Position numbers and translations under genes: made by a program. Positions 49,601 through 62,700 of a DNA stretch of 64,000 nt are shown piece by piece (within the stretch, counting starts at the first letter, position 1; each line of letters opens with the position of its first letter). Where the stretch lies: NCBI RefSeq assembly GCF_018977255.1, contig NW_024704742.1:10604001-10668000 (forward strand), given 5' to 3'. This stretch comes from Callorhinchus milii (taxonomy: Eukaryota). Under the pieces are notes generated by a model. That model did no database searches. It was not told the DNA's origin and saw only the letters and a list, made by a program, of their open reading frames with translations.

Positions 49601-50029
49601 AAACTCTTAGACACCTTAGACTCTGATACCCTGTTGTATTTTTTTTAATCTTAAATTAGATGTGCCTGTCTCTTAACAGTGCCATCCCAGAGCCAATTCA
49701 GCTCCAGTCAACCTCCTCTTACCTTTCCCCTTTGTAGGGTTCCACAGCCTCAAATAAAGCTAACAGAAGTGATTTTTATTCAATTCCTTTTCTTTCTCTA
49801 TATCAGAATATATCTCCCTCTCTTTTTCTTCATCCGCATCTCTGTCAGGATTGTAAATAATGAGGAGAAGTAATAAATATGTAAACATAACGCAAATGGA
49901 TCATGATGGGAGCTCAGAATCCATCCACAGCAGCTCTCCTAATAATAATAATAATAATGGGCTTAGTTTTTAGTATTCCTGCTAAACCTCCAGCCCATTC
50001 CAAAAGTGACAAGTTAACACTGCAACAGT

Positions 50030-50320
50030 AAGAATTTCTGATTTATCTTGTGCCTTTCAAGTTTGAAGGACGTTTCAAAGCGGTTCACGGATTTCAAGAA
50101 AGAGCTTGCATTTTTGTGAATATTAGTGACAAGGGACTCTGAGCTGAGAATGGAGAGAACTGAGGTGGGGAGGTGTGGGGGAGAGAGATGACCAAATGGA
50201 TGGTCGAAAAGCAAGGTCACAGCGAGGTTTAAAGGGTAGGGGGTTGGGGAGGTCAGGTGCTGAGTGGAGTGACTTCAGGATGGATTCCCAGAGTGTGGGG
50301 GCAGAATGGCAAGGGAGGCA
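50030..50320 (-). mobile_element. Older L2 3' fragment
   Basis: GATGGATTCCCAGAGTGTGGGGGCAGA; GTGCCTTTCA..GGACGTTTCAAAGCG. Confidence 0.6.
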
Positions 50321-51076
50321 TTATCAACAACAACTTGCATTTATATAGCACCCTTCACTCGGGTCCCAGAGTGCATTGCCACATTCCCATCCCTGTAATC
50401 CAGACCTGATATTTCCATTCCCTTTTTCCATGCTGCTGTCTTCCTCAACACAAGCTGCTGAGATTTATTTGCAAACAGCCACAGCCAGCTGGTGCCAGTT
50501 GTTTAATTGAGAGCAATAATTGATCAATTGAGAGCTGATAAACAGCATTGTTAGACATTAACAGCTTTTGAGAGTATGGGATGTGTAATTACGGGGGGAT
50601 TTGAAAGGACATTTGCAAGAGATGATGACTTTCAGAAAACCCATTATCTTTCCCTTTCACACCCTGCAATAGCTGCTGAGGATTTTCTTCCATTGAAACC
50701 ATTTTTGAACCAGCGCAACAATAGCTTTCTTTATTGCCACGTGGCTCACTAATTAAAGTTCCACAGTGTAAAGAGCAGTATTAATTTCTGCGTTATCCAG
50801 TGGGGATCAAATTCTGATGATGATCCTGCGGTGTCATCCGAAATGTAACCTTTTAGTGAGAAAGTTTTTGAGCATTATTTAAACTGAGCTTGTTGGTTGT
50901 TGTTGATGCCTGTTGAAATGGGCATCCGAAAACATACCTGCACCTTGTGATCAGAGCCTTTCTACCAACTACATTTGAAATGTGTATAATTAATAGTTCT
51001 GCAGAAACAGATTTCCCCTTGAGGTTTTGCAGAGACTCACTATTTTGGGCACATTCACTTACTTGGCCCTTGTCAC

Positions 51077-51426
51077 TAATATCCTTGCATTTGATATAGC
51101 GCTTTATCACATCGTTGAGACGTCTCAAAGTGCTTCACAGAATACATTGTAATATGGATTGACTGTGATTTTGTAGAAGAAACGCAACAGCCAATTGCGC
51201 ACAGCAGTCTTCCACAAACAGCCATGGACTGAGTGACCAAATAATTTATTTTGAAAGGATCATTAACCTAATCCACCAATGGACTAACAATGGGTTTCCT
51301 ACTTACTGCTAGGTAAACAGAGGCATGTGGTGTAAGGAAACTTGCCTAAGGTTTTTCCCTGCCCAGGAATCGAACCCGGGTCCTCTTGCTTGCGAGGCGA
51401 GCGATAACCACTAAATTACAGGATTT
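51077..51426 (-). mobile_element. tRNA-Ala-headed SINE, long form
   Basis: Tail to head on the reverse strand. Confidence 0.88.
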
Positions 51427-51514
51427 CACATTAAGTGGGATGTACTTCTACACACTGCCTGGTGCTTACCATGTTTTCCTGTGATCAGGCATTTTCTGAT
51501 AACCTTCCAGTGAA

Positions 51515-52155
51515 ATAACAACAAAACAAATTACATTTGTACTCCACCTTTCAGGTTAGTAGAACGTCTGAAAGCACTGGACAGTCGAGAATTTGGACCT
51601 GAGCTGGGAGTAAGGGTCAGGAAGGGTGGGGGCCAGGAAAAGTGGGGGTAGGAAGATGATCAAAGGCGCAGTCGAAGAGATGGGTCTTGAAGGGGCAAGG
51701 GAAGGCGAAGGAACTGTGGGATGGAGTTCCAAAGGGAGGGGGCAGAGAGGTTGAAGGCCTGACTGCTGATGGTGGGGTGGACCGTGCGGGGGACGTGGAG
51801 CAGGCCAGTGCCCGCTGAGCAGAGAGAGGTGGGTATGGAGTTAGCAGGTCACAGAGGTAGGGAGGAACAAGGCTGTGAAGGGCTTTGAAAGAAAGGAATG
51901 GGATTTTGAACTCTATCCTCTGTGTGATGGGGAGCCAATGGAGCCGGGCGAGAGTGGGGCGATAAGATTATGGAACCTGGTGCGGGAGAGGACACAAGCT
52001 GCAGAGTTCTGGATTATTCTCAGCCTGTGGAGCGAGGAGTTGGGAAGACTGACAAGCAGGGAGTTAACATAATTGAGCCCTGGATGTGATGAATGCATGG
52101 ATGAGGGTCTCGGCAGCCTGAAAGGAGAGGCAGTGGCAGAGCCGGGCAATGTTGT
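51515..52155 (-). mobile_element. L2 3' fragment (subfamily A)
   Basis: ORF 51913-52149 LNYVNSLLVSLPNSSLHRLRIIQNSAACVL. Confidence 0.9.
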
Positions 52156-53006
52156 GGAGGTGGGGGATGGCAGAATGGGTTATGGCACATATGTGGGGTT
52201 TGAGCAGCGCTCAACTGTCCTTCAAACCCTTTGTCCGTTGAAATAAACAAATAATCTGGAACACACAGCTCCTCCCCTTAAGTGACTTTGCCAGAATTAC
52301 TTATTAGAGGAGATACAAACCTAAACCTTTCATTATCCGAATGGCTCTCCAATCACTTGCTGTTGGCTGCAGTGTGTAGTATCTGCAGATTGTACTGCAG
52401 CAACTCACTGACCACATTACCAACTGTGACATCTCACAGTCCTATCCAAGAGAACAACAACTTGCATTTATGTAGCATCCTTCATGTGGGACATCTTATT
52501 GGGGGTGCTGAAACGAGACGAGTGTGTCATAGAAACACTGCCACTTCGAATTTTTCCAATTTTGTGTTAGAATTTAGATGTTCATTTAAATACTTTAAAT
52601 ATTCATTATGTCAGATAATATTACAGATAGAATTGGTTATTTGCTTCATGGCTGTCTGTGGTATGTTGCAGTGTGCAAATTGGCTGCCGTATTTGCTAAC
52701 AAAGTACAGTAAATCCTGTGCAGCACTTTTGAGATGTCCTTCTGATTTGATAAGGCGCAAAACCAAATGCAAGGATTATTATAATTGTAAGATTACAGTT
52801 TTAAACTGTACTGAATTAACTGATTTCAGCAGGTGTGGAAGTGGAATGAATGAATCATGCGATAAAAGGAAAATCTGAATTAAAAACGGGGGAAAATCTG
52901 AATTAAAAATTGATATTCTGGAAACACAGATATAGATCAGTGAGTATCTGATGGGGTGGGAGGTTAATGTTTTGTTTTGGATGTGACCATTCAGCAGATC
53001 ATTTGA

Positions 53007-53283
53007 AGTCCTGTAGCTCAGTGGTTAGAACGCTCGCCTCGCAAGTGATAGGAGCTGGGTTTGTATCCCAGCAGGGCGAAACCTTGGTTTACCTTGCAGT
53101 AAGTAGGAACACAGTTGTTAGTCAATGGTTTCCGGGGATAATAGTTTCTTTTTAAAAAAATATTGCTTGGTCACTCTATCCAGACTTCGCCCACAAAGTA
53201 TACAATCAACTTACTTTATAATAAAGCGCTTTGAGAGTCTCGAAGACATGATAAGGCGCTATATCAAATTCAAGGATTATTAT
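53007..53283 (+). mobile_element. tRNA-Ala-headed SINE with internal deletions
   Basis: Head, partial body, TCGAA-loop tail. Confidence 0.85.
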
Positions 53284-53356
53284 ATATTATCAGTTGATGT
53301 AAATTCCTCCTGTTCTGGAGGTTGCAGCCTTGAGTGTGACAGTGCTTTGTCACATT

Positions 53357-53375
53357 TGTCCAGTAGATGGCGCTG
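53357..53375 (+). promoter_or_regulatory. Candidate CTCF binding site
   Basis: TGTCCAGTAGATGGCGCTG fits the CTCF core consensus CCASYAGRKGGCRS; lies in unique sequence. Confidence 0.6.
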
Positions 53376-53817
53376 TCTAGTTGCTAATGGACGACTATTT
53401 GCAAAGCAAGCCAATCTCGATTCAACTATGGGGCATGCATCAGATTCAGAGCCAAATACTCAAGGGTTTGCCTGCAAATGTCAACACACATCCCATAATT
53501 ATAGTACATCTAGTTCAGAGGAAAGGGAGATAAGTGGCTCCAAAATATACCTACAAAATATATTGATTGGATTATATTGCTATTTACAATTTACACCGAC
53601 CTACATGTTTGACTCAGCGCAGGTCAGACACCATTGACAATAAAGAGGATACATTCCTTCATCAAGTCTTCACAACATCTCTGATATCATTGCAAAGGAA
53701 ACCCTGGCCCACAGGGGCCGGGGGAGAGTTCTCAAGTGTGGAATTTTTTTGCAATCCTCTTTTAAAGGAAAGAGTTGTCTTCAAAAACATGTAAAAATCT
53801 AGGATATTTTTGCACAC

Positions 53818-54163
53818 ATAATAATAATCCTTGCATTTGATATAGGACCTTATCACATCTCAAAACGCTTCACAGAATAAACTGTAAAGTGAATTGACTG
53901 TATATTTTGTGGGCGAAACGCGGCAGCCAATTGTGCACAGCAGTGTCCCACAAACAATGACCAAATTTTTATTATTTTTTTTGGAGGGATTATTATCCCT
54001 GGAAAAGCGATCCACCAATCGACTAATAACCAGGTTCCTACTTACTGCTAGGTAAACAGAGGGGTGTGGAGTAAGGAAACTTGCCTAAGGCCCTGCCCGA
54101 GAATCAAACCCAGGTCCTCTATCTTGTGAGGCGAGTGCTCTTACCACTGAGTTACAGGACTCC
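53818..54163 (-). mobile_element. tRNA-Ala-headed SINE, long form
   Basis: Tail to head on the reverse strand. Confidence 0.9.
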
Positions 54164-54574
54164 AAACAAACAAACTTAAACTCATCACCGGCATGTGACA
54201 CAAGCCCCATGAACAGCACTCCCACATCTGGTTTTTCTCTCACTATGAAAATTTACAACCCATTTGGGGTTTTGGCAGAAATACAACATGTACGTGTTCT
54301 AATGTATGATGGAATCAATGAGGAATCACATTGAACTGTTTCCCTAATTCCACTGATTCACAGATCTCGGGTGTGTTGATAGTTGCTGATAAACCATGGG
54401 TACTAGAAATGCAAAAGGTTTTAATGATACTCCTAATCTTGTGAAATGGCAGTGCCCCTTTAATTCTTCTATTCCATTGTAGGTATATGGAGAAAAGGCA
54501 GGGAAGTGGACTGAATAGATTGCTTTTCCAAAGATCCGTAAATCCTGAGTTTTCAAATCCTGAGGGGCGTGATT

Positions 54575-54744
54575 CCAAAAAAAATGTGGTCTCTCAATCC
54601 ACGACTGTTTGTGGGACACTGCTGTGCGCAATTAGCTGTCGCTTTTCACCCACAAAATGCACAGTCAATTCACTTTACAGTATATCCTGTGAAGCGTTTT
54701 GAAACTTCTCACCGGAGAGATAAGGTGCTACATCAAATGCAAGG

Positions 54745-54779
<35 letters not shown>

Positions 54780-54780
54780 C
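54575..54780 (+). mobile_element. tRNA-Ala SINE 3' half with expanded (TTA)n
   Basis: Body, tail, about 11 TTA units. Confidence 0.85.
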
Positions 54781-54974
54781 ATCAGGGGGCACTTTAGGNT
54801 TTTTTTAACTGGACTAACTGGCTGGATTTTGTACTCCCATGCCAGTTTGGGAACCTGAGCTTTAAGTTTACCCTGATATGGTTAGCTTTCTGATTATTTC
54901 CCTGATACTTTGTCAGCAGAACATCATGTGTTATCATCCATTAGTATCAGCTAGCTCAGGGTAGGTGTTGCGTG

Positions 54975-55268
54975 ACTCCCGCCTTGTCCACCCCACCATT
55001 GGCAGTCAGGTCTTCAGCCTCTCTGCCCCCACCCTCTGGAACTTAATCCCACAGTCCCTCCACCTCGCCGCCCCCTCCTTGCCTCCTTCAAGACCCGTCT
55101 CAAGACCCTCCTCTCTGACCGTGCCTTCAGTCACCGTCCTAACCTCCCCGCCCTCCACCCCTCCTGATCCCAACTACCAGCTTGGGTGTGGATCCCTGAC
55201 CGCGCAAGGCATTGGGACGTCCGCCTGATGTGAAAGGCGCTATACAAATATAATTTGTTGTTGTTGTA
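54975..55268 (+). mobile_element. L2 3' fragment (subfamily A)
   Basis: PTIGSQVFSLSAPTLWNLIPQSL; (TTG)n. Confidence 0.88.
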
Positions 55269-56404
55269 GGTGGCTGAAATGGTGTGGTACAAAATGATGG
55301 TTGCATTTGTCTGCAACTATACAGTCACTAACCTTGACAGTAATTACTTTTACATTATTGTTGCTATAGTAATGCAAGTTCTTCCTGTGCTTCAGTCTTG
55401 CTGTACATTTATGTTACGTCTGCTTACAATTCATTTTGTTTGCTGATCTTTATTAGAGTGGAGAGGTGATGAATGGCGACAACTTAAGAATGGCACCTGA
55501 TCCCAGCTGACGATCCCTGACAGAAAGAACTTCATCAAAATATGAGAGTGCGGCATTGACTTTAGGCACCTCAGCATCAAAATGATGCCAGTTCACATAA
55601 CCCCTGCTGTATCTCATCAGAGAGCACAACATGCTTCCACTGAGCACAAATAAAGCAATGCTTTCAAATTCCTGCAGCCTAACAACTTATTCTGAGCATC
55701 AGAACTGTATACAGAAAAGATTTATTAGTGGTTGCTTTTACTTGTAGAATATGTATCATCAAATAACAGTCACTTGATGTCATGCAGAGATGGAAACCAG
55801 TGGAGACCTGGGGAGATTTGCTGGTTCTTTGCAGTGCGTGTGTTATTGTGTGACTGGATATCAAGCACAAAGGATCATCGCTGCTGGTGTCTGTACCTCT
55901 GTATTGTGAGGGAAGAGTGTTTCAAGTGTTGAGACGACACAGGTTGAACAGCACAATGTTCTGTTACAATAGCAGGAGATAACATTCGATCCTATTCCAC
56001 CAGCAGGTGAGCTTGTCCATAAAATGTGATTTTCCACTTGCACGCAGAAAGCTCACTTCATCAAAGCTGTTCCGCTCGGATTCAGCTGGCTCTCGGCTAA
56101 CCGATAAATCACCGCAATTCTCTTTTAGTTTGGGGGAGGATTCATTTAATTTTGCTTTATTCATGGACATATTTGCTCACGTTGTGGCTGAGAAAGTGGA
56201 CAAACCGTGTGCACCCAGCCCTCTGACCAGGCTATTCACAGTGTGGCTCAGTGAGCTTTCTCTCTCTCTCTCTGATCCTGACTACCCTGGTGTGTGGGAG
56301 TTTTTTTTACAGCATTTTTTGTTATATTGTGTTGTGTGACCATCGGGCCTGGTTGGCTAATTACTGCACCATCATCAGAGGAGACCCCACTCCTCCACCA
56401 CACA

Positions 56405-56665
56405 CACAACAACAACAAATTACACTTGTATAGCACCGTTCATGCTGGACAGATGTCCCAGGATGCTGGACAGTCAGGGTATTCTGGACATGAGCTGGGA
56501 GTTGGGGTCAGGAGGAGTGGAGGGCAGGGGGTGTGCGCGTGGGAGGGTGGATGAAGGCACGGTCGAAGGGAAAGGTCTTTAGATGGGACTTGAAGCAAGC
56601 AAGAGAGGGGATGAGGTGGAGGGATTGCGGGATAGAGTTCTAGTGTGGGTACAAAGATGCTGAAT
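56405..56665 (-). mobile_element. L2 3' fragment (subfamily A)
   Basis: (CAA)n tail followed by reverse L2 C-terminus. Confidence 0.8.
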
Positions 56666-57112
56666 GCCCCCCGCCCCCCCCACACACATTCACTCACACA
56701 CTCTTCCTCCCTATCAGCTGATAGCTTGGACATGCTGTGCATCAGAGCTGTTGAGAATGCCTTTCAATGACCCTGTTTTTATGTTTGAGCTGCTGAGGCT
56801 TGAAATGTGATGCAAAACTGGAGGGATGGTGACATGTATTGCTTTTATTTCACATTATTATTATTCTAGTTATTATTATTGTCTTCATTATGTTTTCCAC
56901 ACACACAACAGTCTGAAGTAACATGATAATGATGGTGTAATTCTTTGCGACATGCAGAATCAATAGAAACATGTGTTCACAATCTCCGCAGCCCACATCA
57001 CCTGGAGACATCACCTACCCACGAATATCATCCAAATTTCTTGCTCATCTTTTTCATGGTTCTTTGAGCTTTGGGTAGCGGAGATCACAGGGGTGCCTGA
57101 TGTCAGTACATT

Positions 57113-57705
57113 CGCAAGCGAGAGACCTGGGTTGATTCCCGGCAGGGCAAAACGTTAGGCAAGTTTCCTTACTCCACATGCCTCTGTTCACCTAGCAGCA
57201 ATCAGGAACCCGGTTGTTAGTCAATTGGTAGATGGCTTTTCCAGGGGTAATAATCCTTTTTTAAAAAAAAACAATAATAATTTGGTCACTCAATCCACAA
57301 CTGTTTGTGGACACTGCTGTGTGCAATTGGCTCCTCCCCCTGCCCCCAAGCAAATCATTAAACATTTTCCCATTTAGCTTTGAAGTTATGCGATGGCCAA
57401 GCTCATCTGCAAAACTGCTTTTGACTTTTAATTTTAGGAATGAGCTAGACAGAAACTGAGCAGCCACTGTGGAGCCCATTAGCTGAGATCTGTGCACATA
57501 TACAACCATGTGTGTTGCGAGCTGGACTTTGCTCCAGTATCCAGCAGAGTGGAAGGTACTGTGAAAGAAGCGCTTTCAGACGTCTCGAAGACGTGGTAAC
57601 AACAACAACAAAATTACATTTGAATAGCGCCTTTCACATCGGGAGAAGGTCACAAGGCGCTGGACAGGCTTGTAAAGCACTATATTAAATGCAAGGATTA
57701 TTACT
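57113..57705 (+). mobile_element. Fragmented long SINE (57113-57331 plus tail 57556-57705) with an L2 tail inserted at ~57598-57672
   Basis: SINE tail GACGTCTCGAAGACGTGGTAA..GTAAAGCACTATA split by a reverse L2 tail. Confidence 0.75.
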
Positions 57706-57775
57706 ATATTATAAAGAAAGAGAAAGAAGACAATGTGCAAAATAAGTTACCTAAATGCTGCTGAACAGATTTATA

Positions 57776-58791
57776 ATAAATAATAATAATCCTTGCATTT
57801 AATATAGCGCTTTTCGCATCCTCAAAGCGCTTCACAGAATATACTGTAAGGTGAATTGACTGTATATTTCACCTTACAAGGCCAGTCTTATTTGACCCTC
57901 AACTATCCTTTCTACCCCACATCTGTGCCATGACCCACTCTGCCTTCACCCATCTCCGCATCATCGTCCGGCTCTGCCACTGTCTCACACCGCAGGCCGA
58001 CGAGACCCTCATACATGCTTTCGAGGCTTAACTATGCAAACTCATTGCTTGTCGGCCTCCCCATCTCCTCCCTCCACAGGCTGCAGATCATCCAGAACAC
58101 TGCAGCCCGGGCCCTCTCCTGCACCAGGCTCCGTGACCCTATCACCCCCATCCTTACCCAACTCCACTGGCTTCCCATCACGCAGAGGATACAGTTCAAG
58201 ATCCTGGTCCTCACCTTCAAAGTCCTTCATGGACTTGCTCCCTCCTACCACTGCAACCTCCTAACCCCCTTCCATCCTACATGCTCCCTCCGCTCAGCGG
58301 GTTCTGGCCTGCTTCACATCCCCCATCTCGCTTGCCCCACTATTGGTGGATGGACCTTCTGCCACTCTGCCCCCACCCTCTGGAACTCCATCCCACAGTC
58401 CCTCTACCTCGCCCTCTTCCTTGCCTCCTTCAAGACCCATCTCAAGACCCTGCTTGCCCTTTCCCACCAGCCCTCCACCCTCCCCGATCCTGACCCTCAG
58501 CTCAGGTCTGAAACTCCTTGGGACGTCCGGCCAACATGAAAGGTGTTATACAAATGTAATTGTGTTGTTGTATATTTGTGGGCGAAACACAGTGGGTAAA
58601 GCACAATAGTGCCCAGCATTGCCCCACAACAGTCGTGGATTGAGTGACCAAATTATTATTATATTTTCCTTGAGGAATTATTATCAGGCATGTGTAGGAA
58701 GGAAACTTGCCCAACTTGCCCCCTGCTGGGAATCAAACCCAGATCTCTCGCTTGAGAGGCGAGTATTCTAACCACTGAGCTATAGGACTCG
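57776..58791 (-). mobile_element. tRNA-Ala SINE (short form) split by an L2 insertion
   Basis: Tail 57776-57869, remainder 58569-58791; TSD TGTATATTT. Confidence 0.88.
57880..58570 (+). mobile_element. L2 3' fragment (subfamily A) nested in a SINE
   Basis: ORF 58015-58539 SRLNYANSLL..LHWLPITQRIQFKILVLTFK..LWNSIP..FKTHLKT. Confidence 0.93.
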
Positions 58792-59029
58792 TAGTTACAG
58801 GTTTGGTTAGGTCTTGAGATTTATTACTGTTCTCTTTTGCTAGCACCAGTTATTTAGTGGATCGCATGTGATCCACTTAAAAAAACAATGTGGCATTTGA
58901 CAAATCAGGGTGTCTGAGATTGAGCTATACAAGTGGGGACTGTGAGTGACAGCGGTCTCTTTCCAGATGTTAGTACATTTTCAGAATCTGATGTACAGAG
59001 CCTCTGCTAGAGAGAGCCAAACCACATTT

Positions 59030-59348
59030 ATAATAATAATAATAATTCTTGCATTTGATATAGCGCTTTTCACATCTTCTAGGCGTCCCAAAGCGCTTCA
59101 CAGAATATACTGCAAAGTGAATTGACTATATTTGTGGGCGAACGCGGCAGCCAATTGTGCACAGCAATGTCCCACAAACAGTCATGGATTGAAAATGACC
59201 AATTTATTATTGTTTTGTTTTTTGGAGGGATTATTATTAGGCTCTGTGTGGAGTAAGGAAACTTGCCCAAGGTTTCGCGCTGCCTGGAATTGAACTCAGG
59301 TCTCTCACTTGCAAAGCGAGTGCTCTAACCACTGAACTACAGGACTCC
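59030..59348 (-). mobile_element. tRNA-Ala-headed SINE, short form, full length
   Basis: Young-type head and body with a GGGACGCC-TAGAA-GATGT tail. Confidence 0.93.
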
Positions 59349-59462
59349 ACAATTTCCCCTTTGCCTGTCGATGTTTTGTGTCCTGGCCACATTATCTAAA
59401 GCAGACAATCTGTTTTTAATTTTTACATCAATGGGGATCAATCCCTTTTAAAATAAAACATC

Positions 59463-59700
59463 TACAACAACAACAACTTTCATTTATACAGTTCCCTTCA
59501 CACGGGGTAGCATCCTGGAGCGCTTGACACGAGTGGAGTCTGACCCCGAGCCTGCGGGAAAGGGAGGGGAGAGGTGACTCTAAGCACAATCAAAAAGGAA
59601 GGTCTTTAGGCGGGAATTGAAAGTGGGGAGGAAGGGGGCAAGGCGGAGGGATTGAGGGAGAGAGTTCCAGTGTTTTGGGGAGTAGTGGCTGAAGGCATGG
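59463..59700 (-). mobile_element. L2 3' fragment (subfamily B)
   Basis: (CAA)n, CCCTTCACACGGGGTAGCATCC tail, reverse C-terminus. Confidence 0.85.
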
Positions 59701-60337
59701 GCAAACATTTAGCAAATGTTTTAAGATTGATTTAAAGTTGTGAAGGGAATGCTTCTACATTCTCCTATTGAAAACATTCAGAGCACAAGTCCATAGACAG
59801 AGTTAGCAGACAACTCCCCCTTTAGTGAAACCACACATAGACGTGTAATAAAGGAAGTGCATGGCAGAATGCTTACCAGACTCTGCGGTGGCTAGAACGG
59901 AATGTATTTATTGAACATCTGGTCAAAATTGTATTGTATGGTACTTAATGACGTTAATCAACGAACTGTTAATGTATTTTCTGTTATAATATTTAGTGGA
60001 TGCCCTACCGTGCTTCAGTCCAATAAACTTGGGCTTGATGCTGCCAAGCTGAAGATGCACAGCAACAATCAAACTTAATTATCCCAGGGAAATGTCTGGC
60101 TGAACCACTATACGGTTGCTGGCTGAGACAGTTGTCTTACTTTATTAATACAGTAGAAGGCAGTTTAGCTGCATGCCTGCATACAGTGTTTATCGCGTAG
60201 GCTTCTGAAGAGGGAGTTCGATGTGAGCTTGCAAGATACTAGTTGTATAACAAAATCCTGTTGTATATATGTGTGACACTGCTAGGGATGAGATTGCTAG
60301 GAACACTCCAATGCTGGCCACGTGATACTACTACTCC

Positions 60338-60683
60338 TGATAATAATCCTTGCCTTTGATATAGCACCTGATCACATCTTTGAGACATCTCAAAGCGCTT
60401 CACAGAATATACTGTAAAATGAATTGACTGTATATTTTGTGGGAGAAATCCGACAACCAATTGCGCACAGCAGTGTCCCACAAACAGTCGTGGATTGAGT
60501 GACCAAATTCTTTTTTTATATATAATATATTTTTTTGAAGGAATTATCCCCAGGAAAGCGATCCTCCAATCGACTAACAACTGGGTTCCTACTTACTGCT
60601 AGGTAAACAGAGGCGTGTGGAGTAAGGAAACTTCCCCAATGTTACGCCCTGCTGGGATCAAACCAGATCCTCTCACTTGCGAG
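60338..60683 (-). mobile_element. tRNA-Ala-headed SINE, long form
   Basis: Tail, body, internal segment, partial head. Confidence 0.9.
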
Positions 60684-61105
60684 ATATTAACTATCTCATC
60701 CACGTGTGTGATTCCACACATTCTCCTCAGCAGAGTATTTGTGCCAGTAGCAAAGATAAATCTATATATTTGCAGTATGCAGCTTAGGGTTAGAGATGGA
60801 GATTTGGGAAAGAGAGAAAAAGTCAGAGAGAATCTGGAACAGATTTTTGGTTGGCACTGTAGCCAATTTATATTTTGTGCGATAGACAAGCACATTGCTT
60901 ATCCACAAAGGAGCTGGTCACAATTAATGTGGAAAATGGTCTCTCTATTAAATTTATTTATCAATAAGCTTGTGGGAAGGTCAAATCATCTGACATTCAT
61001 GGTGGTCACTACAGCACAAGGTGATACTTGGAAACACCTTCCATTTGTGTCTAGTACTGTTTGCCCTTTCTTCCTCTACCAAGCACTGGAGAAAAAAACG
61101 TGACT

Positions 61106-61431
61106 TAATAATAATAATAATAATAATCCTTGCATTTGATATAGCGCTTTTCACGTCGGGAGGACGTCCCAAAGCGCTTCACAGAACACACTGTAAAGTG
61201 AATTGACTGTATATTTGTGGGCGAACGCGGCAGCCAATTGCGCACAGCAATGTCCCACAAACAGTCATGGATTGAAAATGACCAATTTATTATTGTTTTT
61301 TTTTGGAGGGATTATTATTAGGCGTGTGGAGTAAGGAAACTTGCCCAAGGTTTCGCCCTGACCTGCCTGGAATTGAACTCAGGTCTCTCGCTTGCAAAGC
61401 GAGTGCTCTAATCACTGAGCTACAGGACTCC
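61106..61431 (-). mobile_element. tRNA-Ala-headed SINE, short young form, full length
   Basis: Near-identical to the 297, 10291 and 22918 copies; CTCCC loop. Confidence 0.95.
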
Positions 61432-61989
61432 ACAGACTTGGCTAAATATGAGATTATGAGCCGAGGTTGGAGGTTTCGGAAGCTGGTGTGCACCTGAGAC
61501 AGTGGGAACCAATCTGGCAAGGCTTTCCCCAGTCTCACCTTTGGGACCTCCAACACACAGTTGGTGACAGAACCAAGGGAGGAAACTTAGCAAGACCTCC
61601 TTTTTCTACTTTCCGAGGTAAAATGTTCAAGATGGTACAGATGACAAGTTACGAGAAAGAGATTGAGGGAACCCAAAGGAAGGGAATATGAATTTAAGGA
61701 AGTATTAATGTATCTCTAAATTGACTTCAGGTACTTCAGAGTGAATATCAATAATGAATACAAATGTATGCATTATTTAATGTTTTTCAAGAAGAAATAT
61801 AGGTCAAAGTCATTCTGACATTCATTATTGAATAATCCTTTAATTAGGAAACACCAGCTTTAATTCACTCTCCATTACAGAAACTGGGAGAGGCATTTTG
61901 ACAATAGCTACCAGACTGTGTGTCTTGTCTCTCTTTAGAGTTGGCCTAAAAAAATTGTACTTTCAGACCAGCTATCTGCTTTCCTGAGT

Positions 61990-62245
61990 ATAATAATAAT
62001 CCTTGCATTTGGGCCTTATCATGTTTGAGACGTCTCAAAGTGCTTCAGAGAATATACTGTAAAGTGAATTGATTGTACATTTTGTGGCCGAAATGCGGTA
62101 GCCACTTGTGCGCAGCAGTGTCCCACAAGCAGTCATGGATTGAGTGACCAAATTATCTTTTTAAAGCAATTATTACCCCTGGAAAAGCGATCCGCCAATC
62201 GACTAACAACTGGGTTCCTACCTACTGCTAGGTAAACAGAGGTGT
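61990..62245 (-). mobile_element. tRNA-Ala SINE long form, head missing
   Basis: Tail, body, internal segment. Confidence 0.85.
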
Positions 62246-62469
62246 GTAAACAGAGTGTTTCTTAAGGCTCAAAATACAAAGAAACTGGCAGATATAGTGG
62301 ATTAAATACATTGAATTATGGATCCTTAACTTTGACAAGATTTCCAAACAAACGCCTACCATAAGATTGAATGCAAATGCATTAAATACAACAGTAAGAA
62401 TCTGTTGGCATGTGAGCAAGTTCAGCAAAGGGAAACTAGATTGAAAGCTGGAATTAGACATCTGAGTTA

Positions 62470-62700
62470 CGAGGAGATACAGGAGCTGGGAATGTTCTCA
62501 ATAAAAAACGAATAGATCTTATTGAAGCAGCTGAGATCCTAGAAGATATAAATACACTGAACTCTAGCAATCTAGAATAATGGGGTTTGTGGATTCGAGA
62601 TCACAGGAGAAAAGGTGAACAAACTGTTCTGATTTGATTATTTTATACAGAGTGGTGGAATAGTCTAACCAGGGAACTGGCGATAGAGGCAGATTGTGTC
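62470..62700 (+). mobile_element. Old CR1 C-terminal fragment
   Basis: Degenerate GAGCTGGGAATGTTCTC..GATCTTATTGAAG..TATTTTATACAGAGTGGTGGAATAGTCT. Confidence 0.45.

Noticed and set aside
52868..52909. 19-bp direct repeat GGAAAATCTGAATTAAAAA x2
   Set aside because: Simple slippage duplication; not an array
55453..56250. Protein-like minus-strand ORFs (55453-55647, 55964-56170) and a + strand mini-exon ending CAG|GTGAGC at ~56006
   Set aside because: No recognisable family, no consistent exon chain, and lengths compatible with chance; RNA-seq or tBLASTx would be needed
60190..60230. Possible microexon downstream of a TGCATG motif
   Set aside because: 22 nt, weak splice signals, no supporting context
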